Below the pieces are notes generated by a model that made no database searches, was not told the DNA's origin, and saw only the letters and a program-made list of their open reading frames with translations. 64,000 bases of DNA from Amoebophrya sp. A120 (lineage: Eukaryota > Protista > Dinoflagellata). The translations under genes and the position numbers were made by a program. This document shows positions 1 through 10,410 of the stretch, one piece after another. The DNA lies in assembly GCA_905178155.1 (NCBI GenBank), contig CAJINV010000004.1, positions 6,848,358 to 6,912,357 on the forward strand, in the 5' to 3' direction. Within the stretch, counting starts at the first letter, position 1. The number at the start of each line of letters is the position of its first letter.

Positions 1-1058
1 GCTGGACACAAAGCAGATTATCACGGCCGACGTAGACTATCTGGATGAGGGAGGATCCTTAGCCGGGATCGCCCTCCCCTTCAAGCGAGTAGACTGCCGG
101 AACAAGATCGCTGATTTTAACTATCCTCTGTGCAAAAGCTGTATTGCGCTCGCACTAATTCCAGGCATGAAGCACAAATCTTGTCTTTCAGTGAAAGCCG
201 CACTACAGATTTCAGTTGTAATGCAGCTGAGAAAAGTTGTCATGCGATAGCGATTTCTACTACTAGTGAAACTGCAGCGCGATACTTTTGCAATGCATAT
301 CAACGGCATCCTGCCCCATTGCACCACCCCTGTGTTTCCCGCCACCTGGGCAAAGGACCGAAGTCTGCGGCCCAAAGAAATCCAACACGTGGACGACCTG
401 GAGTTTTGCGACTCGCCAGAGATGGCGCAGCTTCTCCTCGACGCGGCCAACATATCAAGCGTGAAAGTGTCTGGGTCTGGAAGATTCTGAGACTTGTCAT
501 TCATGTTTTGCATTGGCCATGATGTCTGTGATGCATGCCCTAGCATCACAGATTTTTTGAGGGCTTCGCGATGCCTATTTATTTTCCGCATGACAAATTC
601 CCTCTCCGCGTAGGCAATCGATAGCGGTTTTGCAGGTGCAGCCGGGTGGTAGTTAGGAAGTGGGCCGCGTCTCCACCTAGGGGTATCGGCAGAGGCTAAA
701 TCTGTTCTAACGCCCAGGTATTGGCAGAGGCTAAATCTGTTCTAACGCCGACCCGCCAGGAGTTAAATGGTACTACTACTACTACGCGTAGCAAAAATTG
801 TATTCCCTCTGCTGCTCATGCAATGCAGATTTTTTTGGAATCCAAATTCAGCATCACAAGTTGCATTCTTCCAGACCCAGACATTTTTACATTTGATACA
901 ACAACCGGAAAGACGACCAGTTCCAGGAGTGTTGCCGCATGGTCGCGGTGTGTTACCCACACGGGTGCGCGCTCCCGTCGAAAGCCGTGCCGGAAAGCGT
1001 CGCCAAAGTTGTCACGTTCGGGTATGAGACGATGGGGCCACGTATGCAAGGCAGATGA
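1..1058 (+). CDS. Hypothetical protein, 3' part, split by two introners (exons ~<1-121, 305-452, 904-1058)
   Basis: Frame LDTKQII...KIADFN joins GILPHCTT...LLDAAN joins NRKDDQFQECC...MQGR* when each introner and one 5-bp repeat are removed; TGA at 1056-1058. Confidence 0.7.
122..299. mobile_element. Introner (non-canonical intron), TAT...ATA, diverged TIR
   Basis: Left tatcctctgtgcaaaagctgtattgcgct vs reverse complement of right end tatgcattgcaaaagtatcgcgct; flanks ttaac/tcaac; removal restores frame; internal tgtcatgc. Confidence 0.75.
453..898. mobile_element. Introner family A carrying a nested SINE-like insertion
   Basis: TIR tatcaagcgtgaaagtgtctgggtctggaag / cttccagacccagacatttttacatttgata; direct repeat caaca at 448-452 and 899-903; removal restores frame. 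Confidence 0.92.
614..784 (+). mobile_element. SINE-like (or 5'-truncated LINE 3'UTR) element with (TAC)n tail, copy 1
   Basis: Interrupts the family A consensus; 7-bp duplication cgcgtag at 607-613 and 785-791; internal 35-bp tandem pair 682-751; ends in tactactactacta; near-identical copy at 15180-15321. Confidence 0.85.
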
Positions 1059-1268
1059 AATAGTCGCGTAGTTCTTCCCGATTGTTGTCGATTTCTTGTG
1101 ATGCATGAGGCGCGCAAAAAAATTAAAATATGAATTTGAAAGCTACCTCTTCTTGTTCTGTAATGCAATCGGACATTACAACACACACGACAAATCGGCT
1201 CCACGAAGATGAACACGCGGATTTCGTTTTTCCCTCCCACACCAAACCTCCACGAAGCTCGGCTCGCG

Positions 1269-2275
1269 ATGGACACCTTCCGCCGCGCGACGAACATTTA
1301 CGGGCAGTTAGCCATTGCAGTGACCGACGAGAACGGAAACGAAATCATCAAAAACTACCGCGGGACGAAAAATTACATCCGGTCAGACAAGTCCAAAAAC
1401 GACTTCGCCAGAATCATCGAAATTACGAAGAAAAAACTCGGCCCGAACTTCAAGGAGAAGAAGGACGTCGTGGGCTCCTGCCCCAACAAAGAGGATTGCG
1501 AAGCGTATCCGCTCCACGTCTACGACTGGATGTTTGAACTGCACGGCTTCAGCGATTGCTCCCGGAAAGCGCAACTCCAGGAGGGGAACGTCCGGATTAC
1601 TTGGATGACCGAACAAGCGGGTGGAGAAGCAGAAGCAGGCGGTGGTACTGCTGCTGCTGTTGTCAACACCGAGATGAACGACAAGAAGAACGCCGAACAA
1701 GAAGAAGCAGGAGCTGGTCCTGCACCTCCTGCTGCCCCGACATCAACTACTACAAAGATGAAAACGAAAAAGGCGGACCGTACCGGGAAGGAGGAGCGCG
1801 AGGCGTCCAAGCGACATGGGCGAGGAAACCTGCGGCACCTAGAAGGCCGAACGTTGACCTGGGTGAAGGGCCGGGAGTTGTGGGGGAAGGGGGAGAGGAG
1901 CTACGGAAAACTGGGTTTCCTGCCCTTCCGAGACTGGCCCAAGCACTGGTGGTATCAACTGCAAAAATGTGTGGGTCTCGAAGAATCCGAACTTGTGATG
2001 CTGCATTTGGATTCCGAAAAAACCTGTAAGTATTGCATAAGCAGCAAAGGGAATGCAATTTTGGCTACGCGGAGAGGGCATTTGTCATGCGGAATAGGTA
2101 TCACGAAGCCCTCAAGAAGTCTGTGATGCTGGGGCATGCATCACAGACATCATGGCCCATGCAAAACGTGCATGACAAGTCCCAGAATCTTGATCTTCCA
2201 GACCCAGACACTTTTGCATTTCATAGCTGGTTTTTGAAAGAGCAGGACGTACAGCCGTATGTGGATTTGTTGGAG
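1269..2275 (+). CDS. Hypothetical protein with one introner; start (1209 or 1269) and 3' end uncertain
   Basis: Long ORF to ...DWPKHWW continues as FLKEQDVQPYVDLLE after removing 1953-2225; possible GT donor at 2276. Confidence 0.6.
1953..2225. mobile_element. Introner family A
   Basis: TIR tatcaactgcaaaaatgtgtgggtctcgaag / cttccagacccagacacttttgcatttcata; flanks ggtgg/gctgg; frame restored. Confidence 0.9.
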
Positions 2276-2508
2276 GTACATAGTACTTATTCCCCAAAAT
2301 TTTTTCTCTACTACGTCTACGACTACGTGAACGGTTTAGAAGTATTGTCTTGTTGAAATCAACTACCTGTACCTGCTTCGTTTCACGACCGACGAAGATG
2401 AAGAACTGAATTTCTACCATGCTGTTGCTGACACGACGCACATGGCTCCTTCGTGCATCAATGCACCAACTTCCAGCTCTTATTGCTAAGAAGCGAGCCG
2501 AAAAAAAA

Positions 2509-3691
2509 ATGTCGGAAGATAACTACTTACTTACAATCTTTCATACCTCTACATACCAGGTCATGTTCGGCGTCGTGAACCAGAAAGAATACGAAGCAGC
2601 GTTGCAAACCGGACTCTCCAAGGATGACGCCCTGCAAAAAGCCAGCTGGTTGAAGGAGCCGTGTACCCTGAGAATTAGTAACACGTCGCTGGATATCTAC
2701 GCGACCCCGCGGTTTGATAAAAAAGCAAAAGACGTGATCCACATCAAAATGTCCGCCCGGAAAACGGACGACTACCGATACACCAACGACCACGCGACGG
2801 GGCACTGGGGGGAGTTTGAGGAGAAAGTTAATGCGGACTTCAAAATTATGGAAGTGTCAGAAACGAAATCGTCAAAGTTGAAATAGTTTGTCATGCATAA
2901 GATGCAAGGCATGGAGTGCCTGTCTTGCCGGGATGGCAAGTGAGGCAGATTGTGAGCTTATTTAGGGTTTGGGATAGAGCTGCTGAAGGAGCATGACAAA
3001 AAAAGTCTTCTGTGCCCAAACAGCATGACAAATGGGATTCCGGTCGTGCTCCGAAAATTTGTCATGCGCCGTTTGAAAATTGGGCTTCCAACTGGTATCC
3101 ATTTTATGCATGACAAATCATTTCAACTTTGACGATTTCAATCCTGACAGATCCATAAAAATGGTCATGTCCGACGAGCAGCGGTTGCAGCAAGAGGCCC
3201 TGCAGAAGATGAAGCAACAGCTGAAAGACGAGCGTATTCTTGCACAGAAAAAAGAGTTATCCCAGAGAAAAAAGCTGGCAGGGCATGTTTGTCATGCAAA
3301 AATAGATACACAGAAAAATCTGTCATGGGCGGACTCATAGCATGCTATTTAGGATAATACGCAATACAAGTTTTTTTGTCAATTTATTTTTGCATTACAA
3401 AGAAATGTGACCTGCCAGCTTTTTTCTGTGTGATAAGAGCAAGAGGAGGAACAAGGCAAGAAGATGAACAACGGGAAAAATAGCAAAACGTCCAAGAGTA
3501 GTACCGCGTCTGGCGCACTAAACGTAAAGAAGAATCAAGAGGAAAAAGAAAAAAAGGTGAATCCGAACAAGGCGAAGGACAAACAATCAGCTTCTACGAC
3601 GACGAAAGCCAACAAGCGCAAGAAGACTGAGGAGACGGATGGAAGTAAAGAAAAACCCGATCCGGCGTCAAAAAAGCAGAAGAAAAAGTGA
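2509..3691 (+). CDS. Hypothetical protein with coiled-coil and Lys-rich C-terminus, two introners
   Basis: MSEDNYLL...VNADFK + MVMSDEQ...AQKKE + QEEEQGKKMNN...KKQKKK* join in frame after removing both introners; A-rich start context. Confidence 0.75.
2847..3157. mobile_element. Introner with ~54-bp TIR
   Basis: tatggaagtgtcagaaacgaaatcgtcaaagttgaaatagtttgtcatgcataa mirrored at the right end; direct repeat aaaat (2842-2846, 3158-3162). Confidence 0.9.
3258..3435. mobile_element. Introner
   Basis: TIR tatcccagagaaaaaagctggcagg / cctgccagcttttttctgtgtgata; flanks agagt/agagc. Confidence 0.9.
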
Positions 3692-4269
3692 GGGTTACTA
3701 CCTCATACATGAGCTGATCTTCTTGTTATGGGATTTGGTACAATTTCAATTTCATCATCCGTGTCCGACCTTCTTAGATGTTGCCAACGAACGTGCTATT
3801 TACGTAGATTTTTGTTGAAATCGTATTCCTACTTTCAATTGTGCTGCTGCACTGGAGCAAAGACTCCAAATCCATCAGCGACCGTTCTTGTGCCGTCCCG
3901 CCTTCTCCGTCGAATATATTCCACCTCTCTGTACTAGTGTGAGTAACAGAATGGACGTTGACGCTAGTCGAGTCTTTTGCTTTTTGTTTGTTCTTCTATG
4001 TTGTTGTACTGACCAAATACACTTACGCAGCGGTGAAAAGTCTCATGTTTGAACCGAAACAAAGGAACTCGGTCATGCCTGCTGCGGTGATTTTTTTCAA
4101 CGCATGGATTGAATTGTCGCTAACGAAACTAGGTTCTGGACACTTTTATGCGCATTGCTTCTGATTGTCGATTCCTTATTGACATCCATCGTCATCGTCT
4201 GAATGAACAAGGTAGTAGTAGTAGTATTACCCATCAAAACGGGGTAAAACGATAAATAAAAGAGTCTAT

Positions 4270-7200
4270 CTATTTATTATCGTTAGTATTGCAGCTGCCG
4301 GAGCCGCTATCGCTGCCTTCTTCTATTTCAGGTTCGTCTTTTTTCTTCTTCTTCCCCCGCGCGGGCTTGTTCTTACATTTGTCTTGGTGTTTCCGCATCC
4401 TCCCGACGTACCAGTTTAGTGCTCTATTCTGGCAGTGCCACTCCTGATCGTTGTGGTCGTATCGTAGCTTGTAAGTCCTGCAGTGCCTGCACCTCAAGTA
4501 CTGCTCTCCTGATCTACTCGTGAACATGTTATCGGTGGGAACACAAATCTTCCACGCCTTGCCTTGGCCTCCATATGTGTACCTGCCTGTTGCGCTGCAC
4601 CAGTAGTGATACTCTGTTCTACACACACTGGGAGGATTCTGTGACCCATGCGGCCTTTTATCCAGCGAAGAATTATAGCCCACCTTTATGAAGTTCCCGC
4701 TCCTGTGGTCCTCAGCATGCTTTTCCATGGCGCCCGCCGACTCCACAAAAGTAAGGCCGCATGGTATGCATCGAATTTTCTTGTGTGCGTGCTTTCCTCC
4801 TCCCTTTTTCAGTTCGCGAATTTCCGGATTCCGCTGCAGTATATTCGTCTTGACTTTTTGATCTAGCAAGGCGTCTTGATGCTGGTTCACTTCCAATATT
4901 CGCTGTAGCATGGGGTCATCAGCAACAGGGTAGCGGGCAGGATGCTGTTGCTCCAGGTGCTCGAGAAGGGGCGCAGGCATGCCACAGGAGGGGTGATTCT
5001 CGGCCAATTCGTCAAAATACTCTCTGCGATCAACTTCCGCCTGCGAGTCCAGTCCCATGAAACCAATGATGCTGCGCGAACACCAAAAGCACTCCTCACT
5101 GTGAAAAACTTGCTCCGGGGCGCCGTCAGGAATCTTCATCATCTGTTGCAGCTCTTCCGCCACGGCGTCGTCGTCCCAGCCCAGCTCTTCGCCCTCTTTA
5201 CGAATTTCGTCTTTCATTTTCTCGAGCGGTGACGAAGAAAAATACTTCGCCGCCAACTCAATCTTTAGCAATTGGTCACCATCAGCCCAGTCTTCTGCCG
5301 TCTGCCGGATGAAGGCCCATCGAGTCAAACAGAAATAAACCTTTTTGTTGACTTTGTAGCACGACAGCTCATTTTCTGCAGGTGGTGGTCTCCTCGTGTC
5401 CGCCTCCGCCATGGGCTCCCACAGCAGCTGAAGAGCCTCCGGGCCCAATTTGCATTCTTTGCGAAGGAACTCCAGCGCGTCACCAAAAAAGTCAGGAATT
5501 TTCTTCTCCCGCGCCTCTACCTCTTTCAGATCCTGCGCCGATCTGTAGTAGTCATGCAGGCATAGCCGCGGAACTCCCAAGGCATCTGCTTCCGCTGGTG
5601 GGCTGGCTCGCGGATAAAATTTGCCGATCAGGGCCGCTCGTACCAAGTCGTTTTTTGGTTTCCGCATAGTATGCGCGATCGTCTTCAGCTGTAGGTACCT
5701 GACTTGAGCACGAATGGGAGGGATCTTCATTCTGCGCCGCAGGCTGCGCGAGCTGGCCTGGTTTTGGTCGTGTACCCATAACGGTATCCCCAAGAACATC
5801 TTCATCATTTTTGTTTCCGCCGTTTGTAACAGGTTGGAGTGGTCCTCCCCGACGAATCGGACCTGTAGGCCGTAGATCATGATGGAGCGGACCACGATGA
5901 TCAGCAGTTCCCCCTTGCGCTGCTGTGTCAGGCCGGTTAACCCGGAAACTGTCGACTTTAGTGCATGAAACGCCGACCAAGCCTTTGAGATTTTTATGCG
6001 GATATCTGCGTCGTCGTTCGTGTTCACGCCGAGGCTTCGCGTTTGAATTTTTGTGATGTCGTCCATGATTCTCTTGCTCATGTTCTCACTCATCCCGCAC
6101 TGGTTCAAGACATTGCTCATCAGCTCGGTCAGTTCGTTGTTGAGTGGCTCGAGCTTCTTCTTGATTCGCTCGCTATTGTCCTCCACCTGCTTCAGCACCT
6201 CAGCAGCCTGCCCCTGCGAGAATAGGGTGGCGTCGTCGGCAAAGAGAAGGCGGCCCAGCAAGAATTTTATTAGCGTGTCGTCTTGATTTTCACCGAGCAG
6301 TGCTCTCTTTCCCGCTTTCGCCAGCTCGTGAATTTTTTCTTTTCTTTCCCAGTGTCGCGCCTTGTCCATTGCACTCAAACTAACGCCCCAGGCTTCTTCC
6401 GGTAACTTCCGCCGCTCTAACTGAAAAATCCGCATTACAGCCGAATAGCAGACCAAGAACAAAAGGGGAGAAGATACACAGCCTTCCTTTGTTCCGTTTT
6501 TTACGGTAAGTGGTATGCTGTCTTCAAACATATGCGCCGCCGATCGATGTGAGCACCTTATCACCTGCCAGCATCTTGATTCTCCCAACCCGAGTTCTCG
6601 AAACACGCCTTCCATCAATCTCTCATCGAGGCTAGGGAATGCCTTGCGTAAGTCGATGAGCGTCGCCACTAATCGGTAAAAGGTTGGGGACTTAGAGAAG
6701 TGTCGGAAGTCTTCGCGTATTCGATTGAACACCAAAAGGCTGTCCAGCGTTCCTACTCCCGCCCGGAATCCAAACTGCTCGGCGTTGAAGTAACCCACGG
6801 CCTCGAGAGCCTTGTATAGGCGGTCCGAATAGATTTTCGTAACCAGTTTCATGAGTAACGGACTGATTACCAAAAATCTATAGTTATCGGCTGAACTTCT
6901 TGCGCCTTTGCCCTTGTGCAACGGAATGTCGCGACACAAATGAAATTTTTCTCCCAATTCCGAGAGGGGCCTCGTGTCCATCTCGGTGCTGATAATTCCC
7001 GCGATCACTTCCACCGAATCATCACTGAAGTGCTTCAGGATTTGCGGGGTGAGTCCGTGCACGTCTTTGGCCTTGCCTCCTTGCGCCATGTGACGAATCG
7101 CCTGCGCAAGCTCCTCTGCCTCCACCGGTGCGTCCAGCTCCGCGACTGTTTCCGGCCGGAGCTTCGTCACTACTTCTTTCAACCTGCTGTCGATCGGAAG

Positions 7201-10200
7201 CGGTTGGTCTTTGTGAAGGGGCGAATTCCCCACCGCATTGTACTGGGCGCGGGACTGTGCGGGGGTTATATGACACGCGCGGTCGCTCTTTCTTACTTTT
7301 TCTTCTCTAAAAAGTTGCCACATTCGCGCCTTCGACTTGGCAGATTCGAGCAGCTGTTCCGACGTAGCGCGCGGAATTGTTCTTCTCGTTTTCCCGGTAA
7401 GCATAGGCGCGATCTCGATTAGATAGTCCTGCAGCTGCTCCAAGTTACTTATTTTGCCCGCGCTGTGACGCCGCTGCAAGCACTTGTTGACGTGGTCCCT
7501 TGTTTCGCCCGGAATCTCATTGAGGATGCCCTTAGTTAGTGCCTTCCTCGCTACCCCTTCCTCACGCAGCCTCTGAAAGGATTTCACATCGCAGGCAATC
7601 TCGATAGCGGAGTGGTCGAAAGATACTGGAGCAAAAGGCGCAGCGTCGTCCCGGTTGCGACCCCCAAGTGAGAATCTTCGATGCGATCGAATTTTTTCCG
7701 CCTGCTTTCCCAATGTCAGCCAGTGATCGATTTCTGTTTTCCCTCGGTAGGTGTGGTAGTTGTCCGCCTTGAACCATGAGCCGGCAAGCACTAAATTCAT
7801 GGAAACCAAGTTTGCGGCAACTTGATGCCCCCTCTGCGAGGTAACCTTGCTCCCGAAGCCGCCACTAATGCAGGAGCTTGCATACTCGTCGGATCCTGCT
7901 CCAATGTGTGCATTGAGGTCGCCACCCATCAACAACATCTTCCACTTTTCTTTCTTCATTTTTTTGAAGTCCTTCGCCGTGTTTGCGAGGCTGCGGTCGA
8001 AGGCCTTCACTGCATGCGGCTTCGATCCCGATGTCGGCGCATAGTAGGCAGAGAGGACGATCTCCGGGAAAGCTACTGCCACTACTCGCTCTCTAGCGCG
8101 TACCAGGTTCGCTGGAATTGGGCCCCTGCCAAGTTGCTTTCTCAATGTAATTCCGGTGATGAGGATACCAGCTCCATTTATCCACAGCAAATCAAAATCC
8201 TTTTTCCGAAGCCATCGATGCTTCTCGCTGCTGTCGCCGGAGTTCTCGCGCCCACCTGGAACAAGATCCGCATCGTCTTCCGGAATGTCGTCATCAGTCA
8301 TCTCTTCAACGCGATCGCCCTGGTCAAGGTCAGCAACACCATAGTCAGAGTCATCCTCCACGGGGGCATCTCCTATCCCGTCGCCAACAGCATAGGAATC
8401 CTGCTCGTTTCGCTTTGTAAGTTCGGTGGCAACAGCTTCCCCGCGCGTTCTGGAAGAATGAAGCGACTTCTTGTGGTACTCAAATTCACTGAGCATGATA
8501 GCATCGTAGCGCCGAATGCTCGCAACACGCAGACAATGCCTAAGCCTGTCACTATCCCTGCCAGCGCCACACATGTTTATGCGTGCGAACTTCATTCTTC
8601 CGTGCCCGACCAGCGGCGGCGGGTCGTACACACTTTCGGCGAGTTCAGGGAACGGCTCCCAGTCAATTTCGGACTTTTGCTGCTCTTCCCATTCCTTAAG
8701 AAGCCTCGCCCTATCCTGTTCGATTTGCTTCATTGCATTTCTGTGGCCTTGAATTTGCGGGTCAGCGTTACCTCCTCCGTCTCCGCCAGTTGCTGTTATT
8801 GCCTGCGGCCGCACTGACGTGGAAGCTTTCATATTGACAGGCCCCACGTGAAGCGCAACACTACTGCCCTCAGGCCCTGCAGGCTGCTCTCCATGCTCTG
8901 GCAGTTCAGGTTCAGATGGCGCCGTAGTAGTGCTGTCCGCCGACGAAGCATAGTCTTTTGCTGATACTTGGTCAGCAGCAACGCAGCTATGCTCTGTGCT
9001 GTTCTGGCCTCTGCACGACGGGGCTGCAAGATCAACGCGGTTAACACCCAATCCCGTCTCCGCAAGTATACCGTCGTGGGTGGACAGCTGAGAACTATTT
9101 CCACGATGGCCTGTGGCCCTACTGCAGGTAGTTCGCGAGGACTCCATAAAGGAAGAAGAAGATCCTGAATATACTGCAGGAACCGTGTCTCCATCTGTTA
9201 GCGTGGTCCGTTGTCCTGTTATTTGTGGTGATTGCAAGTGATGTTGATTGGCGCCGCGCCAAACAATGCTTCGCCCTTGCTGCTCGTCAGTAGTTGTTGG
9301 GCTAATGCTCGCCAGTGGTTGCGCTTCTGTCTCGCAAGGAAGATGAGCCGGCTGCAGAAATCTGTAATGCGCAGCGGCGCGCTTGGGCGGCAATGCCGCA
9401 GCTTGTTCTGAGCCCCAGGTGACCGTAACGCCCAGCGCTGGTTTCTCCCATATGTCATGCGCAGCGGCACTCGTGGGCAGCCGTTCCACTGCTTGTTCTG
9501 CGCCCCGTTTAACGTCCGACAAAGGTTTCCCGAATCTGTGATGCGCAACGGCACACGTGGGCGGCAATTCACCTCTCTGCTCTGCTTCCCGGATGGCGCT
9601 CGACGAGGCTGCTTTCTCACGACTGAGAACAAACTCGGCGACAGGCTGCAGTAGCTCACCGTCCTGCTGCGAGGCACTTCTGTTAGCGGCGAGCGGCGAA
9701 GAAGGATGGATATCCGGACAATGGCACTTTTGAACGCAAACATCGCAATGCCCGGACTCAGCTCCTGTTTCGTCACTCTTGCATCCCAAAGAAAAGCAGC
9801 CAGGCCCTGTGTCAAGTTCATCCCCAAGCTGCAGTAAGTCACCATCTCGAGCCGGCGAAGAAGAAAGTAACTCTCGTCGCTGAACTTCCATTGTGTCGCA
9901 GGCCGAGGTTGCTGTAACAGGGTCCACAGTATTATTGAACGCGGCCCCAACAAGCTCAGGAGCTGGCTTCTCAAAACTGTCACGTGCTGCAGCGAGCGCG
10001 GGCAACAACTCCACTGCTTGTTTTGTTTCCCGGATAGCGCCCCCGGCTGTTTTATTGAGTTTGTAATGCGCAGTGGCGCGCGTGGGCAGCAGTTCCCCTG
10101 TTTTATCGACTCCCCAATTTGTCATGCGCAACAGCTTCGGCTCCTCCAATTTGTCATGCGCAACAGCCTTCGCGGGCAGCAGCTCCACCGCTTGTTCTGT

Positions 10201-10410
10201 TCCACTGATGGCGCCCCCGGCTGTTTTGTCGAGTTTGTCGCTAGCAGTGGCGCGCGTGGGCAGCAATTCCTCTGTTTTCTCGGGTCTCCAATTTGTGATG
10301 CGCAGCACCTTCGATAAGGCGAAGTAAAAACTAAAACACGTACCAGCGAACGCACATGCAACGAGGAGTTGCGTTGATGGATACAATGGCCAGCCTACTA
10401 TTGCCATCAT
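4270..10410 (-). CDS. LINE polyprotein: N-terminal repeats, apurinic-like (EEP) endonuclease, reverse transcriptase, C-terminal C2H2-like zinc fingers
   Basis: 2046-aa uninterrupted ORF. EEP motifs RINMCG, MLSE, YAP, GDLNAHIG, IDH, FDH. RT motifs IPLHKGKG..NYR, QFGFR, DLRKAF, G.KEGCVSSPLLF, LFADD. Zinc-finger-like CFWC..HLEQQH, CIPC..HAEDH, CRHC. Confidence 0.93.
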   Translation of the reverse strand: MMAIVGWPLYPSTQLLVACAFAGTCFSFYFALSKVLRITNWRPEKTEELLPTRATASDKLDKTAGGAISGTEQAVELLPAKAVAHDKLEEPKLLRMTNWGVDKTGELLPTRATAHYKLNKTAGGAIRETKQAVELLPALAAARDSFEKPAPELVGAAFNNTVDPVTATSACDTMEVQRRELLSSSPARDGDLLQLGDELDTGPGCFSLGCKSDETGAESGHCDVCVQKCHCPDIHPSSPLAANRSASQQDGELLQPVAEFVLSREKAASSSAIREAEQRGELPPTCAVAHHRFGKPLSDVKRGAEQAVERLPTSAAAHDIWEKPALGVTVTWGSEQAAALPPKRAAAHYRFLQPAHLPCETEAQPLASISPTTTDEQQGRSIVWRGANQHHLQSPQITGQRTTLTDGDTVPAVYSGSSSSFMESSRTTCSRATGHRGNSSQLSTHDGILAETGLGVNRVDLAAPSCRGQNSTEHSCVAADQVSAKDYASSADSTTTAPSEPELPEHGEQPAGPEGSSVALHVGPVNMKASTSVRPQAITATGGDGGGNADPQIQGHRNAMKQIEQDRARLLKEWEEQQKSEIDWEPFPELAESVYDPPPLVGHGRMKFARINMCGAGRDSDRLRHCLRVASIRRYDAIMLSEFEYHKKSLHSSRTRGEAVATELTKRNEQDSYAVGDGIGDAPVEDDSDYGVADLDQGDRVEEMTDDDIPEDDADLVPGGRENSGDSSEKHRWLRKKDFDLLWINGAGILITGITLRKQLGRGPIPANLVRARERVVAVAFPEIVLSAYYAPTSGSKPHAVKAFDRSLANTAKDFKKMKKEKWKMLLMGGDLNAHIGAGSDEYASSCISGGFGSKVTSQRGHQVAANLVSMNLVLAGSWFKADNYHTYRGKTEIDHWLTLGKQAEKIRSHRRFSLGGRNRDDAAPFAPVSFDHSAIEIACDVKSFQRLREEGVARKALTKGILNEIPGETRDHVNKCLQRRHSAGKISNLEQLQDYLIEIAPMLTGKTRRTIPRATSEQLLESAKSKARMWQLFREEKVRKSDRACHITPAQSRAQYNAVGNSPLHKDQPLPIDSRLKEVVTKLRPETVAELDAPVEAEELAQAIRHMAQGGKAKDVHGLTPQILKHFSDDSVEVIAGIISTEMDTRPLSELGEKFHLCRDIPLHKGKGARSSADNYRFLVISPLLMKLVTKIYSDRLYKALEAVGYFNAEQFGFRAGVGTLDSLLVFNRIREDFRHFSKSPTFYRLVATLIDLRKAFPSLDERLMEGVFRELGLGESRCWQVIRCSHRSAAHMFEDSIPLTVKNGTKEGCVSSPLLFLVCYSAVMRIFQLERRKLPEEAWGVSLSAMDKARHWERKEKIHELAKAGKRALLGENQDDTLIKFLLGRLLFADDATLFSQGQAAEVLKQVEDNSERIKKKLEPLNNELTELMSNVLNQCGMSENMSKRIMDDITKIQTRSLGVNTNDDADIRIKISKAWSAFHALKSTVSGLTGLTQQRKGELLIIVVRSIMIYGLQVRFVGEDHSNLLQTAETKMMKMFLGIPLWVHDQNQASSRSLRRRMKIPPIRAQVRYLQLKTIAHTMRKPKNDLVRAALIGKFYPRASPPAEADALGVPRLCLHDYYRSAQDLKEVEAREKKIPDFFGDALEFLRKECKLGPEALQLLWEPMAEADTRRPPPAENELSCYKVNKKVYFCLTRWAFIRQTAEDWADGDQLLKIELAAKYFSSSPLEKMKDEIRKEGEELGWDDDAVAEELQQMMKIPDGAPEQVFHSEECFWCSRSIIGFMGLDSQAEVDRREYFDELAENHPSCGMPAPLLEHLEQQHPARYPVADDPMLQRILEVNQHQDALLDQKVKTNILQRNPEIRELKKGGGKHAHKKIRCIPCGLTFVESAGAMEKHAEDHRSGNFIKVGYNSSLDKRPHGSQNPPSVCRTEYHYWCSATGRYTYGGQGKAWKICVPTDNMFTSRSGEQYLRCRHCRTYKLRYDHNDQEWHCQNRALNWYVGRMRKHQDKCKNKPARGKKKKKDEPEIEEGSDSGSGSCNTNDNK
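9350..10310 (-). repeat. Degenerate ~84-90 bp repeats in the 5' part of the LINE ORF
   Basis: Recurrent E(L/R)LP(T/A)xAxAHxK/R peptide units; each of several units carries tgt(c/g/a)atgcgca on +. Confidence 0.7.

Larger units (their letters stand above)
4212..10410 (-). mobile_element. Non-LTR retrotransposon (LINE), single ORF, (TAC)5 3' tail; 5' boundary not determined
   Basis: APE + RT ORF, short 3'UTR, then (gta)5 at 4212-4226 on +; lies opposite to the surrounding + gene array. Confidence 0.9.

Noticed and set aside
682-751. 35-bp direct repeat pair (and the 32-bp array at 44423) as CRISPR-like
   Set aside because: Head-to-tail repeats without unique spacers, eukaryotic context, no cas genes.
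121-2356. Recurrent peptides such as KCKNVWVWKN, LPDPDIF and MSGSGR as a protein family
   Set aside because: They are translations of the introner TIR in different frames.
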